Below, in pieces: positions 31,828 through 41,845 of a stretch of DNA of 64,000 bases. The notes under the pieces were generated by a model. That model was not told where the DNA came from and did not search any database. It was given only the letters and a program-made list of their open reading frames with translations. Source of the stretch: an uncultured Gammaproteobacteria bacterium. Lineage in GTDB: Bacteria > Pseudomonadota > Gammaproteobacteria > CAWCPV01. The position numbers were made by a program, and so were the translations under genes. The DNA lies in assembly GCA_963797555.1 (NCBI GenBank), contig CAWCPV010000014.1, forward strand, positions 256,001 to 320,000, given 5' to 3'. Position 1 is the stretch's first letter; the number at the start of each line of letters is the position of its first letter.

Positions 31828-32285
31828 TCGGCCGGCGGACGTTTCCGGCGTGTCTTGCACCCACACCCGCCCGCCCGTGCCGCGCTCGCCTGCTGGACCG
31901 CGGTACGCTTAAGGCGAATGATGCGCTTGCCCTATAGAGGATGGCGGCGGCCTGGTATGACTTATAACGCTATATCCATTACTTACAGAGTTTACATGCA
32001 GTATTTACTCAGTAATGACATGTGCTCGCTGCTTTATCCAGCTCGACCCCAGCGCCGACCGCCGCCTCCCGATGCACTGCCCGTGCGCATCCCTACAAGG
32101 TTCTCCACGAGCGACTGCTCGCGGGCGACGCCGCGGCCACAGGGATCGCAGAGCACACCCGGGTGAACGTCTTTCGCCAGCTAGGGGGCAAACCTTTGCC
32201 GACGCTACTGTCCGCTCCCACAGTAGTCCGGGGCGCCGGGGACGGGGCCGAGCCCGCTTTATCTTGTCCGCAGTGGAGGACGACC

Positions 32286-32927
32286 ATGGCTGTGAAAGGG
32301 AACTACTGGATGACCCACGCGCTCTTCGCCTCGCTCGTACTCCTCATGCTGCCCAGCCTGGCCGACGGTTCGGGGACAGCCGTGACGATGCCGCGGGGCC
32401 TCGCCAAGGCAACGTTCGCCGGGGGTTGTTTCTGGTGCATGCAGCCGCCCTTCGACAAGGTGAAGGGAGTCGTGTCCACGACCGCGGGCTACACCGGCGG
32501 GCATACGCCGCAGCCCACTTACGAGCAGGTATCGGCCGGAGGGACGGGCCACGTGGAGGCCGTTCAGGTGGTTTACGATCCAGCGCAGGTCAGCTACGCG
32601 AACCTACTCGAGGTCTTCTGGCACAACGTCGACCCAATCGACGCGGCAGGCCAGTTCTGCGACAAAGGCAGCCAGTACCGCTCAATCATCTTCTATTACA
32701 ATGACGAGCAGAAGCGCTTGGCCGAGGCATCCAAGGCAGCTCTGGAAAGCTCCGGTCGATTCAGTCAGCCCGTCGTGACGGAGATCCGGCCCGCCGCCGA
32801 ATTCTATCCCGCCGAGGACTACCACCAGGACTATTACCGGAAGAATCCTCTGCGTTATAAGTTCTATCGCTTCGCCTGCGGACGGGACGCACGCCTGCAG
32901 ACGCTCTGGGGCAGCTCAAAGGAGTAG
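32286..32927 (+). CDS. msrA: Peptide methionine sulfoxide reductase A, with signal peptide
   Basis: FAGGCFWC, GYTGG, GQFCDKG, AEDYHQDYY. Confidence 0.93.
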   Translation: MAVKGNYWMTHALFASLVLLMLPSLADGSGTAVTMPRGLAKATFAGGCFWCMQPPFDKVKGVVSTTAGYTGGHTPQPTYEQVSAGGTGHVEAVQVVYDPAQVSYANLLEVFWHNVDPIDAAGQFCDKGSQYRSIIFYYNDEQKRLAEASKAALESSGRFSQPVVTEIRPAAEFYPAEDYHQDYYRKNPLRYKFYRFACGRDARLQTLWGSSKE

Positions 32928-33087
32928 GCGGGGTGGGATCGGGCGGGGCCAAGTCTTCTGCGATTGGCGCATGACTGGCGGCTTCGCTGAGGGCGCCGGC
33001 TTCGTGCCGATTTGATCCGCATCCAGGCTGCGTGCTACAAGACCGGTTCACGCATCCCGGCCTTGATACCCCAATAGGACACCAGTC

Positions 33088-33789
33088 ATGAGCACGCATT
33101 GGGAGACCGTGCCCGTCGAGGACGGCGACATGCGCTGTTACGTTGCATCTTCGGCTGGGCCCGCCCCTGCGCCCGGGGTCGTCGTGTGCATGCATGCACC
33201 GGGAGTGGATCCTTTCATCCAGGACATCGTGGGACGGCTCGGCAAGGCGGGCTTCGCTGCCATCGCGCCCGACCTGTACCACCGTGATCCCGCTACGGAC
33301 GACGATCCTCTCATCCGCATGGGCAGGCTCCGCGACCATCTCATCCTGCGGGACCTGAGCGCTGCAACCAGCTACCTCCGATGCCTGCCCCAGGTGGACC
33401 GGAAACGGGTCGGGAGTGTCGGCTTCTGCATGGGAGGCCGCATCGCGTACCTCCACGCGGCTTCGGACCCAGGGCTGGGGATCGCGGTGGTGTTTTATGG
33501 CGGCAATATCCTGGTGTCCTGGGGCGACGGTCCCAGCCCATTCGAGCGGACCGCGGACATTGCCTGCCCGGTGTTGGGTTTGTTCGGCCAAGAGGACAGG
33601 AACCCGAGCCCCGCGGACGTGACCAGGATCGACGCGGAGCTCACGCGCCTTGGCAAGCCGCACGAGTTCCACAGCTACGCCGGTGCGGGTCACGCGTTCT
33701 TGAACTTTACACGGCCCAGCTATCGGCCGGAGGCCGCGGCCGACGCTTGGGAAAAGTGCCTGAGTGCCCTGCTGCGGTATCTCGACTAG
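33088..33789 (+). CDS. Dienelactone hydrolase family protein
   Basis: APDLYHR, GFCMGG, YAGAGHAF. Confidence 0.9.
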   Translation: MSTHWETVPVEDGDMRCYVASSAGPAPAPGVVVCMHAPGVDPFIQDIVGRLGKAGFAAIAPDLYHRDPATDDDPLIRMGRLRDHLILRDLSAATSYLRCLPQVDRKRVGSVGFCMGGRIAYLHAASDPGLGIAVVFYGGNILVSWGDGPSPFERTADIACPVLGLFGQEDRNPSPADVTRIDAELTRLGKPHEFHSYAGAGHAFLNFTRPSYRPEAAADAWEKCLSALLRYLD

Positions 33790-33870
33790 GGCTGGAAGCG
33801 GGAACCGCATCGAGCACTAGAGACACCATGGTTCTCCTTAGTTTAGAAGGCATAGAGGGCGAGAGTCGCG

Positions 33871-34269
33871 ATGAGAGAGAATCCGGAGCTGTGCAGATAC
33901 GTCGCTTACGCCATCGTGGTCGCAGGTTTCATGCTGTCCTTCGCGCAAGCCATCGTGCCTCAGCTGGGGATGACGGGCTACAGGTTGGCGTTCGGCATCT
34001 TCGCCTGGGCGGTCGTCCCATACGTTGTCTACCTGTTCCTCACGGACATCGTGCACGGCTTCGCCTTGCTCGTGCCCGGAACGCTGATGTTGGCCATCAA
34101 CGCCGTGATCGCCTGGAGTGGGCGGTTCGGTCCGGATCATCCTGCCGTTGGCACACTGTTGCAGTCGGTCCCGGTGTGGCTAACCTTCGTGGTTCTTCCC
34201 CTCGGAGTGCTGGCCGGACGCCTGCTATCGCTGGCCATCGCCGACGGCAAGCCCCCCTTGGAGCACTAA
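33871..34269 (+). CDS. Four-TM hypothetical membrane protein
   Basis: ORF with four hydrophobic segments. Confidence 0.65.
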   Translation: MRENPELCRYVAYAIVVAGFMLSFAQAIVPQLGMTGYRLAFGIFAWAVVPYVVYLFLTDIVHGFALLVPGTLMLAINAVIAWSGRFGPDHPAVGTLLQSVPVWLTFVVLPLGVLAGRLLSLAIADGKPPLEH

Positions 34270-34318
34270 CAGGCTCGCGCGCCTCCGGGAGCCCCGTTGG
34301 GTTCCGCTTGGCCGGTCC

Positions 34319-34789
34319 TCAAGCGCCGGTCTTCAAGGCCTCCAGCACCTTGGCAGGGTGCTCCTCGGCGTTGGCCACCCTCTTCCAGTGCCTGCGGACC
34401 TTTCCGTCCGGGCCCACCCATACCGTGGAGCGGATGATGCCCATCGTCTTCTTCCCGTACATAGTCTTCTCTCCATATGCACCGTAATGCGCCATCACCG
34501 TCTTGTCGGGGTCGCAGAGCAGGGTGAAGGGCAGGTCGTATTTGGTCGCAAACTTGGAATGGGACGCGTCGTCATCGGGGGAGACCCCGAGCACCATGGC
34601 GTCGAGCGACTGGATCTCCTGCCACAGGTCGCGGAATCCGCACGCCTCCTTGGTGCATCCAGGCGTGTCGTCCTTCGGATAGAAGTAAAGGACTACGTTC
34701 TTGCCACGCAGGTCCTTGAGTGAGACCTTGTTGCCGTGGCTATCCTGCAAGGTGAACAGCGGTGCGGGCTTGCCTTCTTCGATCGCCAT
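34319..34789 (-). CDS. bcp: Peroxiredoxin Q / Bcp
   Basis: RBS AGGAGG; YFYPKDDTPGCTKEAC, GIIRST. Confidence 0.93.
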   Translation of the reverse strand: MAIEEGKPAPLFTLQDSHGNKVSLKDLRGKNVVLYFYPKDDTPGCTKEACGFRDLWQEIQSLDAMVLGVSPDDDASHSKFATKYDLPFTLLCDPDKTVMAHYGAYGEKTMYGKKTMGIIRSTVWVGPDGKVRRHWKRVANAEEHPAKVLEALKTGA

Positions 34790-34953
34790 GGTACCCTCCT
34801 TGATGCGGACGAACAGGCTGCGGCTGCAAGTCGAAGACGCCTTCCGCGGATGATCGGGGAGGCGGCCTGAAGCTTGCGGCCCCATTGTAAGACTGATGCG
34901 GGCGTGCCGGGCCGCGTGGGGCGGGACGCACGGCCGGCTGGGAGCTGCCGGCC

Positions 34954-36108
34954 CTAGCGACTCCGGCTCACACTCCCCCAGAGCAAACGAAGATAGTTGC
35001 GTGCACTGCAGACCATGGTCCGATATGTGGCCTCTCCCGCGATGATCCGCGCCATGGCCTCGCACAGCGAAGGTCCGCAGCGCCTGAACAGCCACCCGGA
35101 GGCGCGCGGGTAATCGTAAAGCAGTTGCCCAAGCCACCGCGCGATGCGCACCTCCGACAAGATTTCGCGGTCGACCGCTCGGCAATAAGCGTGCGCGGTC
35201 GCTTCGGGATGCAGCCCAGACGTCAAAAGCGCCTCGCCGGCGAGCTGGCCGCTTTGGCGCGCGTAACTGATCCCCTCCCACAGGACCGGATCCACGAGGC
35301 CGGCAGCGTCTCCGGCGAGCAACACCCGGCCGCGAGCCACCTGGGTTCGTGCCCGGCCCGGCAGCACGTGGCCGTGGCGTTCGATGCGCTGGATGTCGCT
35401 CACGCGCAGGCGATCGAGGTAACCCTGGATGAGCCGGCGACACCCGAGCGGCCCGGCGCGGACCCGCAGAATTCCGACCGAGAGATGGTCGCGTTTCGGA
35501 AAAACCCAGGCGTAGCCGGCGGACAGCAGCTCGAAATCGAACCGGGCCGAATCCCGGAAGCGGTCCAGCGTATTCGCTCCGACGTAGACCTCGCACTCGC
35601 AGGCGGGCAGCATGGGAATCCTCCCCGCTGGGCCGAAGTGGCGCGCCACCCTACTCCCGGCGCCGTCGCAGCCTAGCACGAAGCGCGCGGCCACCGAGCC
35701 GCGGTCTGTCCTGACCTTCACCGTCTCCGGCTCTTCGTCCAAGCCCTCGACCGTGCAGGGAGAGAGCACCTCGGCGCCCGCCTCCACCGCCTGGAGCAGG
35801 AGGCGGTGGTCGAGCGCGGCGCGCATGGTCATATGGATGAGGGGTATGTCCTCGGTGATCCGATGGTGCAGCCCGGAGCGCAGGAAGCGGAGGTCCGCCT
35901 GTCGGCATTCCAGCTCCACCGCGGAGCCCAGCTCGAAGGGGATCTGCCGGGCGGCGCGCCGGACGAGACCGCCACCACAAGTCTTGTAGCGGGGTAGGCG
36001 CGCGCGCTCGATGACACATACGCGAGCGCCTCCGCGAGAAAGCGCATACGCCGCCGCGGACCCGGCCGGACCGGCGCCTACGACGGCGACATCAAAGATG
36101 CGGGAAAT
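34954..36108 (-). CDS. Geranylgeranyl reductase family flavoprotein
   Basis: FDVAVVGAGPAGS, PRYKTCGGG, GCDGAGS, YAWVFPK, AGDAAGLVDP..EGISYA; no ATG/GTG/TTG before the FAD motif (ATT at 36108). Confidence 0.82.
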   Translation of the reverse strand: MSRIFDVAVVGAGPAGSAAAYALSRGGARVCVIERARLPRYKTCGGGLVRRAARQIPFELGSAVELECRQADLRFLRSGLHHRITEDIPLIHMTMRAALDHRLLLQAVEAGAEVLSPCTVEGLDEEPETVKVRTDRGSVAARFVLGCDGAGSRVARHFGPAGRIPMLPACECEVYVGANTLDRFRDSARFDFELLSAGYAWVFPKRDHLSVGILRVRAGPLGCRRLIQGYLDRLRVSDIQRIERHGHVLPGRARTQVARGRVLLAGDAAGLVDPVLWEGISYARQSGQLAGEALLTSGLHPEATAHAYCRAVDREILSEVRIARWLGQLLYDYPRASGWLFRRCGPSLCEAMARIIAGEATYRTMVCSARNYLRLLWGSVSRSR

Positions 36109-36216
36109 AGCTGCGGTCCGCGAATATACTCTCAGAGCGTGTGAAGAGACACGGTGCGCGGTTAGAGCCGCTCCTGCGCAATTGCTTTTTCGGCTGCAGT
36201 ATCCTCTGCCTTACGT

Positions 36217-37631
36217 CATCCCATTACACACAACTTGATGACAATCGTGTAACATCCTGACATAACGTCACAAGATGGGGTGTCGGGATGAGCTGGGCGG
36301 CGGAGGAATTTAGGGGCATCGATTTGGGCGACAAGCGGCTGGGCAAGCGGGCCGTGTTGCTTGCCGAGCGGCTGGCGGAGAAGCCGAGCGCGAGCATTCC
36401 CGGAGCGTGTGGGGGCTGGGCCGAGACCCAGGGAGCTTACCGGTTTTTTGCCCACGACGAGATGGACTGGCGGGACATCCTGGAGCCGCACTGGCAGTGT
36501 TCTGCGGCCCGGATGCGGGAGCACGAAATCGTGCTGTGCATCCAAGACACCACGGAGGTGGACTTCAACGGGCAGGACATCGCTGGCCTGGGGCCGTTGA
36601 GCTATGAGGCGCAACGCGGTATGTACCTGCATCCGACGTATGCCGTGACGCTCGCGCGCGAGCCCTTGGGCGTGCTGGATGCGTGGATGTGGGCACGCGA
36701 GCCGAAGGACGCCGAAGGCCCTCGGGGAGGTGTTCTGGAAAGCACCCGCTGGGTGGAGGGCTATGAGCGCATGGCAGAGCTGGCGTCCGAACTTCCACAG
36801 ACCCGCCTGGTGTATGTAGCCGACCGGGAGGCTGACATCGTAGCCCTGATGGCCAAAGCGCGCGACCTGGGGCAGCCGGCCGACTGGTTGGTCCGCTCCC
36901 GGCACAACCGTGCGCTGCCCGAGGGCGGCAAGCTGTGGGAGGAGGTGACCCGAGGCGAATGCCTGGGCGGGATACGCTTCACGATGCCGTCGCGCCACGG
37001 ACAAAAAGCGCGGCAAGTCTGCCAACAGGTGTGGGCGAGGCGTGTGAAGCTCTCCGACGGCAAGGGGGGTCGGTTGGAGGCCACCTGCATCGTGGCCCGG
37101 GAAGTGGACGCGCCAGCAGGCGTGAAGCCCGTCGAATGGCGCCTGCTCACCAACCGTGAGGCCGCCAGCTTGGAGGCGGCGGCCGAGCTCATCGACTGGT
37201 ATCGCGCCCGCTGGGAGATTGAACTCTTCTTCCACGTGCTGAAGAACGCCTGCCGCGTGGAGGCGTTGCAGCTCAGCACCATGGAACGCCTGGAACGGGC
37301 GCTGGCGCTATTCATGGTGGTCGCCTGGCGCATCGCCCGGCTGATGCGCCTGGGGCGCACCTGTCCGGACTTGGAGGCCGAGTGGTTGTTCGAGCGCGAG
37401 GAGTGGGAGGCAGCCTTCCTCCTGAACAAGAAACGCCCACCGAAGACGCCACCCCGACTGAACCAAGTGGTGCATCTCATCGCCAGGCTCGGCGGCTTCC
37501 TGGGGCGCAAGGGCGACGGCGAGCCCGGCGTGAAAACCCTCTGGCAAGGGCTCACGCGCGTCATGGACTTCGCGGCAGGACTGCACTACGCGCGTGAGGC
37601 TCAAGTCCTTTGAGTTGTGTGTAATGGGATG
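36217..37631 (+). mobile_element. Complete IS4-family (IS50/Tn5-like) insertion sequence, 1415 bp
   Basis: Perfect 19-bp TIRs CATCCCATTACACACAACT / AGTTGTGTGTAATGGGATG; 9-bp target duplication GCCTTACGT (36208-36216, 37632-37640). Confidence 0.96.
36288..37613 (+). CDS. IS4-family transposase
   Basis: LGDKRL, IQDTT, ADREAD, YRARWEIELFFHVLK, LGGFLGRKGDGEPG. Confidence 0.96.
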   Translation: MSWAAEEFRGIDLGDKRLGKRAVLLAERLAEKPSASIPGACGGWAETQGAYRFFAHDEMDWRDILEPHWQCSAARMREHEIVLCIQDTTEVDFNGQDIAGLGPLSYEAQRGMYLHPTYAVTLAREPLGVLDAWMWAREPKDAEGPRGGVLESTRWVEGYERMAELASELPQTRLVYVADREADIVALMAKARDLGQPADWLVRSRHNRALPEGGKLWEEVTRGECLGGIRFTMPSRHGQKARQVCQQVWARRVKLSDGKGGRLEATCIVAREVDAPAGVKPVEWRLLTNREAASLEAAAELIDWYRARWEIELFFHVLKNACRVEALQLSTMERLERALALFMVVAWRIARLMRLGRTCPDLEAEWLFEREEWEAAFLLNKKRPPKTPPRLNQVVHLIARLGGFLGRKGDGEPGVKTLWQGLTRVMDFAAGLHYAREAQVL

Positions 37632-37669
37632 GCCTTACGTCGGTACGGCGAAAAATTCATGAGATCTCA

Positions 37670-37788
37670 GTGCTTGCAAAGCAATCGTCGCGAGGGGACG
37701 CCAAAAAGGGCGTAACGTACATGGACTTACGTCCATGCACCGCGCAACGTCGCTATCGGGACACGCCAGCAGATTTATTCACGAACTG
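37670..37788 (+). mobile_element. MITE-like element, degenerate copy D
   Basis: TCA|GTGCTTGCAAAGCAATCGTCGCGAG ... CGCTATCGGGACACGCCAGCAGATTTATTCACGAACTG aligns with copies A and B. Confidence 0.75.
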
Positions 37789-37821
37789 TTCGGTATCCCG
37801 CTTTCCCGAAGCGGACGGCGA

Positions 37822-38487
37822 TCAAAGCCCACATGGGGCACCTGCCTCAATGTGGTGCATCTTCTCACCGCGTGACATCCGGTAGAAGCGCCGCAGTTCC
37901 CGCATTAGATGAGGGTGCTCCGGATCGCCGCCGTAGTGCGTCTCCAATGCCTGGCAGTAACGGGCGGCGAGCCGGTTGGCTTCGTGATAGCGGTGGCGCT
38001 CGCTGTCGTCCAGGCCGGCGCGAAGACGCATGTCCTCGAACAGAACGCGCCGGAGAGGGCGGAGGGCCACGCTTCCCTGCTGGCGCTGGAGCAGCGCCGC
38101 CGTGGCCACGAATTTGTCCACTTCGGCCACGAGTTCCATCTCCAGCGGGGTGATCCGGCGTTGAAACCCAGCATTCCAGGCCAGGTAGAGAAAATGGCTT
38201 ACCCCTTCCAGCGCGAACCAATAATCCTGCAGGTTGCCCGCATGGAGGGACTCCGCCGGATCGTCCCGCTTGAGGCGAGCCAGCACTGCGCGGTGCAGGA
38301 ACAGGCTCACATCCAGACTATCCTCGGTCTGGGCGACCAATAGCCGTTCCGGGCAGTGGCGCGGGGATGTCTGCGGAGCCAATTGGCAGGCCAGGTCCGG
38401 GTCCTCCAAGAGGAAGTCTTCGACCCGATGAGGGGTGCTGACGTCGTAAATACGCTCCAACTCGGACTGTAGCTCGTTCAGCTTCAT
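37822..38487 (-). CDS. Hypothetical protein
   Basis: ATG 38487; motifs ALEGVSHF, EMELVAEVDKF, RELRRFYR. Confidence 0.7.
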   Translation of the reverse strand: MKLNELQSELERIYDVSTPHRVEDFLLEDPDLACQLAPQTSPRHCPERLLVAQTEDSLDVSLFLHRAVLARLKRDDPAESLHAGNLQDYWFALEGVSHFLYLAWNAGFQRRITPLEMELVAEVDKFVATAALLQRQQGSVALRPLRRVLFEDMRLRAGLDDSERHRYHEANRLAARYCQALETHYGGDPEHPHLMRELRRFYRMSRGEKMHHIEAGAPCGL

Positions 38488-38497
38488 TGAGCGAGAT

Positions 38498-39142
38498 TCA
38501 GTGTGCCCGCGCGAATCGACCGGGCGTAATTCCCAGGCGCCGCAGCTTACGCTCCAGCCGCACGCTCCCCGTCTTGGACCAGATTTCGTACAGGCGCAGG
38601 ACGTCGCCATCGTCCGCCCCGAAGGAGGTCTCGCCCACCTCTGCCAGCACATCCACGAAGCTCGTAAACTCCCGCGAGAGCTGGCGAAAGACGCCGGCGA
38701 GCGACTGCTCTCTCACGGATCCCTGGGCGGTGTCGCAGAGATAGCCATAGGCCCTGCCTCCCATGGCGATGTAGTAGTCAACGTCCACCAGACGCCGCCG
38801 GCGCCGGAAGAATCCCGAAAACAGTCCGGAGACGAACAGTGCGACGTTGCCCAGACGCCGGAGCACCAGCTTGCGCTCGCTCTCCGAGGACGCACCTGCG
38901 GCCTCTGCATAGAGATCCGCGACGGCCCGGAGGCTCAGGCGGTGCTGGGTGGCGTCGAACAGCCGCTCGGAGCGGGAGAACTCGGTCAGCAGGTTTGTGA
39001 GGTACCAGACCGTAGTGTCCTCGGCGTCCACCTGCTGGCTCCGGATGGCTTGGTTGACCGAGTCGTAAAAGAAGGACCTAAGGCTGGATTCGGTCAATGG
39101 TTTGTGGCGGTGCTGGGCTAAGGTCATGAGCGGCACCCTCAT
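38498..39142 (-). CDS. Hypothetical protein, co-oriented with the previous gene
   Basis: LRRLGNVALFVSGLF, VDVDYYIAMGGRAY, LRLYEIWSKTGS; 10-bp spacing. Confidence 0.72.
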   Translation of the reverse strand: MRVPLMTLAQHRHKPLTESSLRSFFYDSVNQAIRSQQVDAEDTTVWYLTNLLTEFSRSERLFDATQHRLSLRAVADLYAEAAGASSESERKLVLRRLGNVALFVSGLFSGFFRRRRRLVDVDYYIAMGGRAYGYLCDTAQGSVREQSLAGVFRQLSREFTSFVDVLAEVGETSFGADDGDVLRLYEIWSKTGSVRLERKLRRLGITPGRFARAH

Positions 39143-39436
39143 GGCTGAATGCCTTCTTCCGAATAGACCAAAAGCGCCGGCCTGTCAAGAAAAAGCCCGC
39201 TTAGCATCAGGCATCCGTTCCTCATACTGGCGAGGAAGTTCTGCCGAGACCGTCCAGCAGAGCTATCGAGGCCCCGTGGCCGATCGATTTTGCGGGCCAC
39301 GCGCGCCGGGACGGCCGGCGCCTTGGCCGCTCTACCGCCCGCAGCAACTGCGCAGCTCTGGCGCAGTGAGCGGAAGTTACTCGCCTGAGGAGCGGCCAGA
39401 GCCCGGCCGAAACGTTGTGGGCCCAGGCTCGCGCTC

Positions 39437-39743
39437 CGGCATCCGCGCAATGCCGCGGTCGAGGCCTGCCGCAGCCAAGGCCGCTCGGCCTGGAAGCGCA
39501 CGGTGGGCTACCACCGGCGCAGCACTGCCGAGACCGCCATGTTCCGCTATAAACAGATCCTCGGCCCCTGTCTCACCGCCCGGCTGCCGCAGACCCAGAT
39601 CACCGAGGCCTACGTCGGGGTGTCCGTTCTCAACCGCATGAACAGGCTCGGTCTGCCCAAACGCACCACATAGGGCAGAAATGCCCGTCCTGAGCCCCAC
39701 AGCGCATTTAATGCGCCCATAAATTTATTTGATCTACAACGCC
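39437..39743 (+). mobile_element. IS5-family (IS903 group) 3' remnant
   Basis: Translation WKRTVGYHRRSTAETAMFRYKQILG...VLNRMNRLGLP* (stop 39671-39673) and a decayed right end. Confidence 0.8.
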
Positions 39744-39782
39744 GATCTCTGTCGCAGGCTCTCAGTCCTCACAGGAAGGGAA

Positions 39783-41134
39783 ATGCCCATGATCAACCAA
39801 CCAGAAGCACGCGTTCGCATGTCGAGGATGTTGAGGGCGGCGGGGACTCGGCCTTGCGCTGCTCGCCTTCGGCCGGGCGAACGCCGGCGGACTGCTGCTC
39901 TATGAGGTCGGCACGGCCGACGTGGGCCTCGCCTCGGCGGGCTACAGCGCGCGCGCCCAGGATGCCTCGACGGTGCTGACCAATCCGGCGGGCATGACGC
40001 GCCTCGAAGGCACCCAAGTGCTGGCCGGCGCGCAGCTTCTCCACGGCGATCTGGGATTCTCGATCGGCTCGGGCACATCCCCGGAGCTGGGCGGTAACGA
40101 TGGCGGCAACCCGGTGGGGTGGTTCCCGGGCGGCAGCTTCTTCACCACCCGCAACGTCTCTCCGGGAGCTCACGCTGGGGTTCGGCCTCGCCGGGAACTT
40201 CGGCCTGGCCGAGGAGTACGACTACAACTGGGTAGGCCGCTACGACTCCCAGGAGGCAACGCTGCTCGGCCTGTCGCTCCTGCCTTCCATTGCGTACCGC
40301 GTGAACGACCAGCTCTCTCTCGGCGCGAGCCTTAACGCGATGTACGGGGCGCTCAAACAGCAAGTCGCGGTCAACAACCCGGGCCTGCCCGGCGAGGTGA
40401 TCCCAAGCGAGCCACGTCCCGACAGCCGGCTCGTGCTCGACGACAGGGCGTGGGGGTTCGGCGCCAATGTGGGCCTCCTCTATCAGGTTGGTCCCGCAAC
40501 CCGGCTCGGGCTCACCTACAATTCGCAGGTCAAGCTCGATTTCAGCGCGCAGGCGCAGTTCTCAGGGCTGTCCCCCGGGCTGGAGAACATACTCCGGAAC
40601 CGTGGGCTGCTCGACGCCAACCTCGCTGTCGGCATCGATGTCCCGCAGGGCGTGATGGGGAGCGTCTTCGAGCAACTGAACGACCGCTGGGCGGTGCTGG
40701 GGAGCGTGGGCTGGCAGCAGTGGTCCAAATTCGGCGAGGTCAGCATCGGCGTCGATTCGAATGACCCGCTCAGCCTGACCACGAGTATCGGATTCAAGGA
40801 CACCTGGCACGGGGCGCTGGGTGCTCAATATCGGCTGTCGGAGCCCTGGCTACTGAACTTCGGAATTGCGTACGACTCTGCGTTTCAGAACAATCCCGTC
40901 GTCTCGCCGGTCCTCGCGGCGAACTCCGCCTGGCGTTTCGGCGTGGGCGCCCAGAACCAGGTGAGCAAAACCTTCGACTGGGGGGTCGCGGCCGAGTATA
41001 TTTACGGCGGGACCCTCGACGTTAACACTCACAGCGCGGCACCGGTGGCGCTCGGCGGGCGAGGCGACCTGGTCGGCTCCTACAACAACGCGGGGATTTT
41101 CTTCCTCGCCGCCAATTTCAATTGGAAGTTCTGA
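39783..41134 (+). CDS. FadL/OmpP1/TodX-family outer membrane transporter (frameshifted)
   Basis: GGLLLYEVG, ARAQDASTVLTNPAGMTRL, DTWHGALG, terminal FNWKF. Confidence 0.82.
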
Positions 41135-41207
41135 GCGGCCCCGACTGCGGGTGCCGGCCGGGGCGGCAATGCGTGCGCGGCGGAATCGGTGGCCGTCGGG
41201 AGTGACG

Positions 41208-41528
41208 ATGGGCATGAGTCGATTGCGCAGCCACAGGTACCTCATCCTCCTGCTGACGTTTGTCTGCTTTCTGGTGGTGCGGTCCCTGAACCGAGTTCTG
41301 GTGGGCGGTCCATTGCTGTCCGATATCCTGGTAACCCTGAGTGTGCTCGCCATGTTCTTCGTCGTTCAAGCAGAGACGATGGCGCTTGGTAGCGCTGTGG
41401 TCAGCAGTGGTCGCGGTCACCGTCAGTTGGGGTCAGTACGCCCTGCCGATGCGGGCGGCGCAGGTGCGGGCGAACACTGTCACCTCATGCCAAGCGCGAG
41501 ACCTCAGTCGCCTGGCGCTGCTTCAGAA
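41208..41528 (+). pseudogene. Membrane protein fragment, ending at the MITE-like element
   Basis: Hydrophobic segments in two frames ending at element copy C. Confidence 0.35.
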
Positions 41529-41531
41529 TCA

Positions 41532-41720
41532 AACGTTATAAAGAAATCGTCGCGGCGGGGCGAGTGCGCGGCGCACGGAGCGCAGCGACGAGCGACCGAA
41601 TGGCAGGATAGCCATTCGGCACGTCCGCAGGACGCCCCGAAGGGGTGGTGTACAGGGAGGTACGCCATGACACCGCGCTACGCCGCCATCGGGACGTGCG
41701 GCAGATCCAGTCGCAACCTC
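41532..41720 (+). mobile_element. MITE-like element, copy C (189 bp) with 75-bp GGA-hairpin module
   Basis: Decayed TIRs, flanks TCA/TCG; 41596-41670 nearly identical to 63377-63451. Confidence 0.85.
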
Positions 41721-41845
41721 TCGGTCAAGATTGCAGGAAACCGGCACTGGTTCCTTCCGAGGCGCGTTGGTATAGCATAACGGTCCCGCCGCGTGCCACT
41801 CCGGCATGAGTGGGATTCCCACAAACCTTCAGCAGGAGTACGTCG

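Noticed and set aside
32761-33810. Long antisense or shadow ORFs (also 24569-25546, 41678-42700, 60583-61626)
   Set aside because: They overlap well-supported genes on the other strand and are expected in high-GC DNA.
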